Positions 1 through 7,021 of a stretch of DNA of 64,000 nt are shown in pieces. The notes under the pieces are model-generated. The model saw only the letters and a list, made by a program, of their open reading frames with translations, was not told the DNA's origin and searched no databases. Source of the stretch: an uncultured Prochlorococcus sp. (lineage in GTDB: Bacteria > Cyanobacteriota > Cyanobacteriia > PCC-6307 > Cyanobiaceae); the NCBI GenBank assembly GCA_902571795.1, contig CACGDL010000001.1, forward strand, positions 9,222-73,221. Direction: 5' to 3'. Each line of letters opens with the position of its first letter. Position 1 is the first letter of the stretch. The position numbers and the translations under genes are program-made.

Positions 1-101
1 TCTGTTTAATGAATTGATCATGGTTTATATTAAAAATCAAATTATTTCGAACATCCTAACAAGTTTTTTAGATTTATCCTATTTCGATTTGTACATTTTA
101 A

Positions 102-140
102 ACAGTAGATCTAAACTAGAAAGGTTACGTCCCTTTTTTT
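102..140 (+). repeat. Promoter/hairpin module copy 1 (ACAGTAGATCTAAACT...AAAGG...CCCTTTTTTT-ATG)
   Basis: Aligns by eye with copies at 3181-3225 and 8543-8584; ends immediately before ATG at 141. Confidence 0.75.
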
Positions 141-528
141 ATGAATGATAAAGAAACAATAATTTCATTATTAAATGAATTTGCTAATCCCAAAAAAATG
201 GCCTCATTTTTTTGTTGGAAATGCCACTCCAGATTTTTTATTCATAAGACCTAGTGGTAATCCTATAGATGCAAAAGGGTTCGAACAAATGATTACTGGT
301 GATATAGTTCAAGAAAAAGCAGAAATAACCAAAATTCACCGATTCGAATTTTTAAGCGACAACATAGTAATGTGCATTTTTACACTAGGTTCAAAATTTA
401 CTTATAAAGGGACACCTAATGATGACTTGCCAACAGTTACGTCAATTTTTAAAAAAGTAAATAATGTTTGGAAAATTCACTGGATGCAAAGATCTACAGG
501 AAATTCGGATTTATCTTTATGGGATTAG
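141..528 (+). pseudogene. DUF3804/SnoaL (NTF2-like) family gene with a frameshift in a T7 run at 207-213
   Basis: ATG141 frame gives MNDKETIISLLNEFANPKKMASFF, which joins the 175..528 frame (VGNATPDFLFIRPSGNP...WMQRS) if one T is removed. The restored protein is colinear with the paralog at 8585. Confidence 0.75.
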
Positions 529-608
529 CAAAGTTAATAGCTCTTTTAATGGTGCTATTACTTCTAGGTAGCTCTTTTATTGGGTTAATTTTTTATTTTA
601 TAAAATAA
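519..608 (+). CDS. 29-aa single-TM micropeptide MGLAKLIALLMVLLLLGSSFIGLIFYFIK
   Basis: Hand-translated; overlaps the end of the preceding gene; fully hydrophobic. Confidence 0.4.
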   Translation: MGLAKLIALLMVLLLLGSSFIGLIFYFIK

Positions 609-688
609 ATACATCAATTAAAGAATACTAAATAACTATTTCTTTTTTTAGAAAGCAATTGCTTCTTTTATGCTAAGTAATTTGATTT

Positions 689-763
689 TCAGGTAAAAAT
701 AAAAACTTTAGATAGACTAACGCCTATATCTAAAGCCAATAAAGCAATTAGTAACTTACTCAT
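689..763 (-). CDS. 24-aa hydrophobic micro-ORF MSKLLIALLALDIGVSLSKVFIFT
   Basis: Hand-translated; ATGA overlap with 760..816; start region AAATGAGTAAGTTACTAATTGCT resembles the MKRLLIA leader at 9787. Confidence 0.3.
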   Translation of the reverse strand: MSKLLIALLALDIGVSLSKVFIFT

Positions 764-816
764 TTTTTAGAACTCTCAACTATTTTTTTGTAAAGTTCCT
801 CAGAAATAGGTTGCAT
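760..816 (-). CDS. 18-aa micro-ORF MQPISEELYKKIVESSKK
   Basis: Hand-translated; stop overlaps the next start (ATGA). Confidence 0.25.
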   Translation of the reverse strand: MQPISEELYKKIVESSKK

Positions 817-1004
817 AAACCTTTAAAAATTTAGTTACAAGTTAATTATTTTATAATAAATTTCTCGTTACAAAATATACGAATATATGAATTTTTAAAT
901 AGGCAAAAAATATATTTACTATAAGTTTTTCTTATCAAGTATTAATAAATACTTAATCCAAAAACGTCAATAAATGTCCAAATTTTTAAAAAAAATTAGA
1001 AATC

Positions 1005-1106
1005 TTATTTCAAGTAAATAGATCCTCTATAAGTAAGCTTTATAATCTTTGCTTCTTGTTTTCTACAATATACGAATGACTTTCCATTGAAATACATGTT
1101 TACCAT
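1005..1106 (-). CDS. 33-aa DUF4278-family peptide MVNMYFNGKSFVYCRKQEAKIIKLTYRGSIYLK
   Basis: LTYRG motif typical of DUF4278; AGGAG RBS; directly downstream of a Downstream-peptide RNA. Confidence 0.85.
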   Translation of the reverse strand: MVNMYFNGKSFVYCRKQEAKIIKLTYRGSIYLK

Positions 1107-1125
1107 GATGCAGCTCCTGAACTTG

Positions 1126-1185
1126 CTCAAGTCCCCGTCCTATGGCTTGAGTCGTACTGCGGTCTATCAGATGGTAGATCGGACG
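1126..1185 (-). ncRNA. Downstream-peptide RNA / glutamine-II riboswitch (Yfr6-like)
   Basis: Minus strand CGTCC-GATCTAC..GATAGACC-GCAGTACGA-CTCAAG-CCATAGGACGGGGA-CTTGAG: two stems plus a CGTCC/GGACG pseudoknot. Matches the remembered consensus CGCAGU.CGACUCA.GCCAU.G.ACGGGGAC.UGAG. Confidence 0.9.
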
Positions 1186-1190
1186 ATTTC

Positions 1191-1204
1191 GTAGTATTAA
1201 CTAC
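1191..1204. promoter_or_regulatory. NtcA box GTA-N8-TAC (GTAGTATTAACTAC) at the 5' end of the riboswitch
   Basis: Exact GTA-N8-TAC 5 nt upstream of the riboswitch; this position suggests repression. Confidence 0.65.
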
Positions 1205-1242
1205 AATCCATTTATAAAGTATTTATACTTAGATGTCAACAA

Positions 1243-1389
1243 TTAATAGAAACTAAACTTCAATTTAAAAATAGATTCGGCTCTCATAAACTCCCTAACA
1301 AGAATATAGAACATATAACTACGAGTAACTCCCATAAAAACTGAAACAAATGCTAAAACTACGCAAATAGGGCAATGTGGGAATCCCAT
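1243..1389 (-). CDS. 48-aa membrane micro-protein with N-terminal HCPIC (CxxC) motif
   Basis: Hand-translated MGFPHCPICVVLAFVSVFMGVTRSYMFYILVREFMRAESIFKLKFSFY. Confidence 0.6.
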   Translation of the reverse strand: MGFPHCPICVVLAFVSVFMGVTRSYMFYILVREFMRAESIFKLKFSFY

Positions 1390-1731
1390 TACTTATGTTC
1401 CAATATAAATTTCAATTCAGTCTCTGCATTAAGAATATCGATTCTTCTCTTGAGCAATTTAAAAAATTTAATTATTTTTTTCAAAATTGAACCTTCTTTA
1501 GGTATCAATAATAATATTATTTAAGAATGAATATATCAATGAGCAAAAATACTAAATACATTGATATAACAAAAGTTTCGTAGCAAAGTTATACAATAAA
1601 AACCACCAACATATGGTCAGCTACTCTTGATCAATTAGCTTATTCAGAATCAAATATAAAAATTTGTGATCTAGTTACCTTGCAGTGCTATTTTTCTTTT
1701 GCTAAAAAATAGAGCGGGATAAAGTCCAATA

Positions 1732-1903
1732 CTCCATGAGGATTTAGTCCGCTGCCTAAAGCCTGAGAGTACAAATTTTTCTGAATTAATATGCAACTAT
1801 GCTTTATAAGGTAAATATCTTGATTGCGTAATAATTTTATTTTGTATATTGCTATTACAAAAATGATGAGTTTATTTAAATTAGTTACTAAATCCTCGTG
1901 GAG
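1732..1903 (+). repeat. 17-bp long-range inverted repeat (1732-1748 / 1887-1903)
   Basis: CTCCATGAGGATTTAGT pairs with ACTAAATCCTCGTGGAG, with a single U-G wobble on the + strand RNA. Confidence 0.85.
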
Positions 1904-2017
1904 AAAGCTTTAGTAAATTTCTTTTACTGGTTACTTATAAGATCAGCCGAATCTCATTATGGAGAATCATTTGTATCTGTAGAAGTTCCATCTAATTCAA
2001 TCAAAAGTTTTTCTTGA
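1898..2017 (+). CDS. 39-aa peptide MEKALVNFFYWLLIRSAESHYGESFVSVEVPSNSIKSFS (GTG start)
   Basis: Hand-translated; clear paralog at 6336..6443. Confidence 0.75.
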   Translation: MEKALVNFFYWLLIRSAESHYGESFVSVEVPSNSIKSFS

Positions 2018-2162
2018 CTTTAGAAAGTCTTTAATACTTAAATTCACAGCTTTCTGAAAATTTAATAACAAATTTGAGTTAAGTTGGTTAATTATCTCTA
2101 TTGCAAATAAAGATAAGGTTGTTAATCTTGCACTTAAAGAAGAAACTTAATTTCTTAAACTG

Positions 2163-2372
2163 ATGCAATTTAATCATTTAAATTTCAATGAAGATGATGG
2201 CCTCATGTCCATAGAAGATTTAAGGGCTTTACGTCTTCGAAAAAAGAAAATTGAAAGTGATAAGAAAGCTAGAAAGTATATCCAGGATATAAATCAAAGA
2301 TATAGAAAAATGAGTACCCGCGAAAGTAATAACTTTTTAAGGAATATGAACCCTTTTAAAAAGGCCGCATAA
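2163..2372 (+). CDS. Small basic hypothetical protein (69 aa)
   Basis: ORF track; followed by a terminator-like hairpin. Confidence 0.65.
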   Translation: MQFNHLNFNEDDGLMSIEDLRALRLRKKKIESDKKARKYIQDINQRYRKMSTRESNNFLRNMNPFKKAA

Positions 2373-2460
2373 ATTGTTAATCTTGATTTTGTTAATTTGT
2401 TTAACTTTGCAACTTTCAGAGTAAGATTTTAATGGTGTTTCTTTGGAAGAGTTTCACCAA

Positions 2461-2487
2461 GAGGGGTCAATTTTTGGCCCCTTCTTT
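2461..2487 (+). terminator. Intrinsic terminator-like hairpin GAGGGGTCAA-TTT-TTGGCCCCTT
   Basis: GC-rich stem followed by CTTT. Confidence 0.55.
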
Positions 2488-2695
2488 GCGGAGATATTTT
2501 TTAATTGAAACTCGTTATACAATTAAAGTAATACTTTCCTAAAAGCTGAAAGTGACGTAAATCTTTTGTTTAAAATTTTTTATTACCACTTAATGAAAAC
2601 TCTATATCTTCAACTAAATCCTCTTATAAAAACAAAAGTTTTAGCATATGTACCATTTCCCATAATTTATTGAATTTTTTCATTTGCGATTTTTA

Positions 2696-2899
2696 ATGGC
2701 TTTATCTACAAGTTGGGAATTCTACAAAGAAGTTGAAACTAAGATTCTATGGGTGAATATTTGTACACAAAATTTAGAAAGAGTAGCTATTTCGATCAAT
2801 AAATGGTGGAAGACAAGATATCCAGCATACAAAATCAGAATAGTTTCCAAAAATGAATTTGAGCTAGTAAAAATGCAAGCTGAGAAAAAGGAGCAATAA
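2696..2899 (+). CDS. Small hypothetical protein (MALSTSWEFY...)
   Basis: ORF track 2684..2899; ATG at 2696 preferred over the TTG start. Confidence 0.7.
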   Translation: MALSTSWEFYKEVETKILWVNICTQNLERVAISINKWWKTRYPAYKIRIVSKNEFELVKMQAEKKEQ

Positions 2900-2975
2900 A
2901 ATTATTCTTTGGTAAATATTGATGCTGAATATTTAATTTTTGCAGCTATTATAAAGACAATAAATTAAGGAACAA

Positions 2976-3131
2976 ATGAACTCTGCATTTGCAAAAGTCG
3001 CAAATTTGAAAGTTAACAGGACTTCTAAAATAGCTATTACTCTCGCATCATCAACTTTCTTTTTGTATGGCTTGGGTCAAGCACCAATTTTTAAAAATAT
3101 TCTTGCAGGTGCCTTCTCTTGCTCTGGCTAA
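2976..3131 (+). CDS. 51-aa membrane micro-protein MNSAFAKVANLKVNRTSKIAITLASSTFFLYGLGQAPIFKNILAGAFSCSG
   Basis: Hand-translated; AAGGA RBS; hydrophobic segment. Confidence 0.65.
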   Translation: MNSAFAKVANLKVNRTSKIAITLASSTFFLYGLGQAPIFKNILAGAFSCSG

Positions 3132-3180
3132 ATAAAATACTGTTTTTTTAGAGAAGCTAAAAAGCTAAAATAGACTGTGA

Positions 3181-3225
3181 TTGACAGTCGATCTAAACTT
3201 AGAGGGATAAACCCCTCTTTTTTTA
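3181..3225 (+). repeat. Promoter/hairpin module copy 2 (TTGACAGTCGATCTAAACTTAGAGGGATAAACCCCTCTTTTTTT-A-ATG)
   Basis: Aligns with 102-140 and 8543-8584; TAAACT -10-like hexamer, AGAGGG/CCCTCT stem, T-tract, then ATG at 3226. Confidence 0.8.
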
Positions 3226-3284
3226 ATGTTAAATAGATTTATTTATGAAAAGATAATTACTCTTCTTATTTCTCTTTTCAGCTG

Positions 3285-3401
3285 ATGAATATTTCCCCAC
3301 ACCTATTAATTGATGCTGTGATATTAAGCGCTGCCCTTACGATAACCTTGGTATTAAGAGCAAAAGGTAATGCTGCCAGAAAAGAAAAAGAAAATAAATG
3401 A
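3285..3401 (+). CDS. 38-aa single-TM micropeptide MNISPHLLIDAVILSAALTITLVLRAKGNAARKEKENK
   Basis: Hand-translated; TGATG-coupled to a 19-aa ORF (3226..3285) and ATGA-coupled to the next gene. Confidence 0.6.
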   Translation: MNISPHLLIDAVILSAALTITLVLRAKGNAARKEKENK

Positions 3402-3538
3402 TTACTAAAGAAGAAGAAAAAGAATTTATAAAACCTAAATTATATAGATTTTGGAACGTTCTTATTTATGGAAGTTCCATAGCTATTGGAGTTTTCTTAG
3501 TTTATTTATATTCTGCTTATGTCTTTATAAATAAATGA
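3398..3538 (+). CDS. 46-aa single-TM micropeptide MITKEEEKEFIKPKLYRFWNVLIYGSSIAIGVFLVYLYSAYVFINK
   Basis: Hand-translated; begins and ends in AATAAATGA junctions. Confidence 0.6.
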   Translation: MITKEEEKEFIKPKLYRFWNVLIYGSSIAIGVFLVYLYSAYVFINK

Positions 3539-3630
3539 CTTACATGTACGGCATAGCGATTACTTATGGGGTTGTGAGTCTTTTATTGCTTGGTGGTTTT
3601 GCATACTTTACTTTTAAAATGAAACGCTAA
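3535..3630 (+). CDS. 31-aa single-TM micropeptide MTYMYGIAITYGVVSLLLLGGFAYFTFKMKR
   Basis: Hand-translated; ends by reading through AAATGAAACGC. Confidence 0.6.
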   Translation: MTYMYGIAITYGVVSLLLLGGFAYFTFKMKR

Positions 3631-3999
3631 TTTTTATATCTTCTTCAATAAAAGATTTCTTAGATAAATTTTTTGATTTTTGTAGAGAATATCAACAAGA
3701 AATTCAACCTCAGAAGATCACTGAGATTTTTAAGAGAAAATGCAGTTAGATTAGATAAATGATAGATACTTGCAGACCTAAGAAGGTATTAAGAGAATAA
3801 AATTTCTAGCAGAATTTATACAATTTTTTTTAAAGTTGGAATAAGTATTTTGAAGATATTTTCCTTGCAATTATTCATAATATGAGATTTTTTTTTGATC
3901 CTTAATCCTTACAATTTTGTCCCTATAACCGCACAAATAAAACTTGAAATTTAACATTCAAATGAATTAGAACATAGTTGAAGTCAAGGGGTAAGTCTT

Positions 4000-4152
4000 A
4001 TGGCACTTAATGACACATTTACTATCCAAGAAATTAATTTAGATAAAAAAGACCTTTCAATTGATAATAAGCTCAAAAAAATTGAAGCTTATTGGAATAA
4101 TGCATGTACAGATTATCCGAGTAAGAACCATTGCAAGATTTTTTGTGATTAA
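4000..4152 (+). CDS. 50-aa protein with a CP12-like C-terminal CxxxPxxxxC motif
   Basis: MALNDTFTIQEINLDKKDLSIDNKLKKIEAYWNNACTDYPSKNHCKIFCD; AAGGGG RBS; paralog at 4355. Confidence 0.75.
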   Translation: MALNDTFTIQEINLDKKDLSIDNKLKKIEAYWNNACTDYPSKNHCKIFCD

Positions 4153-4237
4153 AACTTTAACTTTTAGGTATTCTTACGCTTGATTTTTACATAAAACCCG
4201 TCCTAAAGAATAATTAGATAGAAAGGAGGCCAAGCAA

Positions 4238-4339
4238 ATGACTAATTTAGGTATAGAAATTTTATTTTGGACAATTTTAATTTCTTATCTGGGATTAAGG
4301 TTTTCTCAAACTTGGAATGGATTCAAAAAACAGTATTAA
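4238..4339 (+). CDS. 33-aa TM micropeptide MTNLGIEILFWTILISYLGLRFSQTWNGFKKQY
   Basis: Strong AAGGAGG RBS; N-terminus similar to 6511..6669. Confidence 0.75.
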   Translation: MTNLGIEILFWTILISYLGLRFSQTWNGFKKQY

Positions 4340-4354
4340 TTTGGAGAATAGAAA

Positions 4355-4501
4355 ATGAAACTACAAACTCAGTTCACGGTTCCGAACAAAGAATTAAAAG
4401 ATCTTGATTATGTTAAGAAAGTAGATTTTTTAAAAGAAACTTTAAATAAAGAATGTATAGATTATCCAAATCAAGAAGATTGCTTGGTTTGTTGCAATTA
4501 A
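4355..4501 (+). CDS. 48-aa protein with a CP12-like C-terminal CxxxPxxxxC motif
   Basis: MKLQTQFTVPNKELKDLDYVKKVDFLKETLNKECIDYPNQEDCLVCCN; GGAG RBS. Confidence 0.75.
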   Translation: MKLQTQFTVPNKELKDLDYVKKVDFLKETLNKECIDYPNQEDCLVCCN

Positions 4502-4580
4502 AAATCAAAAAATAGCTGTTTTTTATAAGTAAATAAATTTTTATTAGTATTTAAAAATTTTCTAAAAGGGAGTTAGCACT

Positions 4581-5099
4581 ATGGAATTAAAATTCTTCCC
4601 AATAAATATTTTTAGAGAGACTCCAAAAGTCACATTCTTCGATGCAGGCATAGATTATTCTAATGGTTCTGATGTTGTTATCCATGCCGGGGAAGCTATA
4701 TCTCCTCCAGATGATTTAAAAGATGAGCAATATTACGTTCACAATCATCAAATTGACCGCAATTTAGTTATCACCGGGGAAAGGACATTTGTTTTAATAA
4801 ATCCTTCTTGGGATGAACCTCATCATGTGATTTATTTAAATAGATCTATGGGAGCATTAGAAATTCCTATAGGAACTTATCACAGATCAATCTCAGGGAA
4901 AGAAGGTAGTATTGTTTTAAACCAACCTAAAAGAGATAAATTTTTTGATCCTGCTAAAGAATTTATCCCTCAAAAATTAGACAAAATTAATTTAATTAAG
5001 GCAAGAAAAAGTCCACCTGTTCATTGGATTTACGAAAATAACAAAATCAAAAGAATTTATTTTAATCCTCTAGAAAGAAAAGTTAAAACTCTTCTTTAA
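4581..5099 (+). CDS. Conserved cyanobacterial cupin-like hypothetical protein
   Basis: ORF track; HxHQ...IPxGTYH cupin-type His motifs; GGGAG RBS. Confidence 0.75.
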   Translation: MELKFFPINIFRETPKVTFFDAGIDYSNGSDVVIHAGEAISPPDDLKDEQYYVHNHQIDRNLVITGERTFVLINPSWDEPHHVIYLNRSMGALEIPIGTYHRSISGKEGSIVLNQPKRDKFFDPAKEFIPQKLDKINLIKARKSPPVHWIYENNKIKRIYFNPLERKVKTLL

Positions 5100-5954
5100 A
5101 TGAAAAAACATATATCCCCTAGTAATAATCTAAAAAACCTGAATTTAATTATTAATTCTGATACTTATAAATTGGCTCACGAAGATATTGGTCTACTAAG
5201 CCGAAATGAAATGCGCGGAGTCAGAATGCTTCTTGAAATTACTAAACCAGATTTAATCCTTGAAGAAAATAAAATTCTTTCAACCATAATTATTTTTGGA
5301 GGCGCAAGCATTACAGAAGAATCAAATACAAAAAAGAGAATTGAAAATATAAAAGTGTTAATTAAAAAAAATCATAAATCGATACTTCTAAAACGAAATT
5401 TAAATAGATTAGAAAATTTGCTTCTAATGAGTCATTACTATCAATCCGCAAGAGAGTTTTCTAAACTTGCTTCAATTAGTAATCAAAATAAAAAATGTAA
5501 TTCTCACGTAATTGTGACAGGTGGGGGGCCTGGAATTATGGAAGCTGCTAATAGAGGTGCATTTGAAGCAAATTGTAAATCTATAGGGTTAAATATCAGT
5601 CTTCCTAATGAGCAAATCCCTAATTCTTTTATAACACCAGGTCTTTGCTTTAAGTTTAATTATTTTGCATTGAGAAAGATTCATTTTGTAATGCGATCAG
5701 TGGCTGCTGTATTTTTCCCAGGAGGTTTTGGAACGCTAGATGAATTATTTGAACTATTGACACTTTGTCAAACAGGAATGAAAACTAAAATCCCAATCAT
5801 ACTTTTTGGAAGAGAGTATTGGAATAAGATAATTAACTTTGAATATTTAGCTGATCTCGGATTAATTGAAGATGAACATTTAAATCTTTTTCAATATGCA
5901 GACACCGCATCAGAAGCATGGAGAATTATCAAATCATCAAAAAAGCCAGACTAG
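5100..5954 (+). CDS. LOG family (TIGR00730, Rossmann-fold) nucleotide phosphoribohydrolase
   Basis: TGGGPGIMEAANRGA and PGGFGTLDE motifs. Confidence 0.9.
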   Translation: MKKHISPSNNLKNLNLIINSDTYKLAHEDIGLLSRNEMRGVRMLLEITKPDLILEENKILSTIIIFGGASITEESNTKKRIENIKVLIKKNHKSILLKRNLNRLENLLLMSHYYQSAREFSKLASISNQNKKCNSHVIVTGGGPGIMEAANRGAFEANCKSIGLNISLPNEQIPNSFITPGLCFKFNYFALRKIHFVMRSVAAVFFPGGFGTLDELFELLTLCQTGMKTKIPIILFGREYWNKIINFEYLADLGLIEDEHLNLFQYADTASEAWRIIKSSKKPD

Positions 5955-5997
5955 AAAACTACAAGCTGATTTCATAACAAATGTAAAAGAAGATTGA

Positions 5998-6114
5998 TTA
6001 ATAAGTATTTGATATTTTATTTTTCATGCTTTCAATCTTATTGATTAATTCATCTAACCATTCTGTATTATTTTGATCTTGTCTTTTATGGCTTTGACTT
6101 TTTTGAGTACTCAT
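5998..6114 (-). CDS. 38-aa peptide MSTQKSQSHKRQDQNNTEWLDELINKIESMKNKISNTY
   Basis: Hand-translated; paralog at 6914..7021 shares MST and NNTxWLDxLINxxE. Confidence 0.7.
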   Translation of the reverse strand: MSTQKSQSHKRQDQNNTEWLDELINKIESMKNKISNTY

Positions 6115-6207
6115 AAATTTTTACTTTTATAGTTTATTAAATATATCTGCAGAAATTAAAGGAATCAATAAGCAAAATTACCAAATCGATTGACAAGACG
6201 TACTTTA

Positions 6208-6221
6208 GTAGCATTTCATAC
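6208..6221. promoter_or_regulatory. NtcA-type box GTAGCATTTCATAC overlapping a TACAAT -10 hexamer
   Basis: Exact GTA-N8-TAC between the divergent micro-ORFs at 6114(-) and 6336(+). Confidence 0.5.
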
Positions 6222-6335
6222 AATACAAACTATCACAAATTAACTAAGGAAATCTAAATCTCTTCAGTTAAGTATTTTTTACGATGTTTTTATTTGAAAT
6301 TCTGATTTGAATTAGGAAAGGGTATAAATGTTCCT

Positions 6336-6443
6336 ATGGAAAAATCATTTCTGAATTTTATTTATTGGATCCTATTAAAGTCAGCTGAAAGTTATTACGG
6401 AGATTCATTAAAAACAGAAGTGCCGTATACACCTTATTTTTAG
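6336..6443 (+). CDS. 35-aa peptide MEKSFLNFIYWILLKSAESYYGDSLKTEVPYTPYF
   Basis: Hand-translated; paralog of 1898..2017. Confidence 0.75.
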   Translation: MEKSFLNFIYWILLKSAESYYGDSLKTEVPYTPYF

Positions 6444-6510
6444 TTTTTATGGATCTTAACTTTTAATATTAGATCTCTAGTTTGAGAGTTACTAGTTTGG
6501 AATTAATTTA

Positions 6511-6669
6511 TCAAAAAACACAATATGGATTACTTATAGATTCACTACAAAATAATCTCTTGCGTTGAATTTCTTTTATAGATTGTGAATAAATTTTAGA
6601 GGTAAGGATCGCTGCAAAATTAACTAGAACTACAATTAGAATAAGTAACTCAATTGCGAGGTTGGTCAT
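6511..6669 (-). CDS. 52-aa TM micro-protein with a C-terminal Cx8C
   Basis: MTNLAIELLILIVVLVNFAAILTSKIYSQSIKEIQRKRLFCSESISNPYCVF; AGAGG RBS. Confidence 0.7.
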   Translation of the reverse strand: MTNLAIELLILIVVLVNFAAILTSKIYSQSIKEIQRKRLFCSESISNPYCVF

Positions 6670-6746
6670 AAGTTTAACCTCTTTAAATTTATATAAAAAC
6701 CCTATAACGTCAAAATAGGTATTGAATAGAGTTTAAATTCCTATTT

Positions 6747-6911
6747 TTAGCCATCGAGACTCTTTGGCAAGGGACTAGGTTCACAATTTTCGACGCATTC
6801 TTCTAAAGTCTTTTCAGAATTACGCTTAATTTCGCAACTACGAAGACAATCATAAAAGGCATACTTGGGATCTAATTCATTTTTGAATTGTTTATTTCTA
6901 AACGTATTCAT
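6747..6911 (-). CDS. 54-aa twin-Cx3C micro-protein
   Basis: MNTFRNKQFKNELDPKYAFYDCLRSCEIKRNSEKTLEECVENCEPSPLPKSLDG; GGGAG RBS. Confidence 0.7.
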   Translation of the reverse strand: MNTFRNKQFKNELDPKYAFYDCLRSCEIKRNSEKTLEECVENCEPSPLPKSLDG

Positions 6912-6913
6912 GA

Positions 6914-7021
6914 TCAAACTCCCTTTGATTTTTTTTCAAGTTGATTAATTAATTTATCCAACCAAAGAGTGTTATTGATCTTTTTTTTGTTTTTAAAGTA
7001 TTTCGTTTTGTAAGTACTCAT
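6914..7021 (-). CDS. 35-aa basic peptide MSTYKTKYFKNKKKINNTLWLDKLINQLEKKSKGV
   Basis: GGAGG RBS; paralog of 5998..6114. Confidence 0.7.
   Translation of the reverse strand: MSTYKTKYFKNKKKINNTLWLDKLINQLEKKSKGV

Noticed and set aside
1580-1594. GTAGCAAAGTTATAC as an NtcA box
   Set aside because: 9-nt spacer; noted only as promoter similarity to 6208.
4573-4580. TTAGCACT CIRCE half-site
   Set aside because: No second half; it sits in the RBS spacer.
5097-5105. TAAATGAAA junction between the cupin-like and LOG genes (also at bioD/bioA, 50176)
   Set aside because: No CGC leader extension or module context; it shows that the bare junction can arise from ordinary coupling, so it was not counted as a cassette site.
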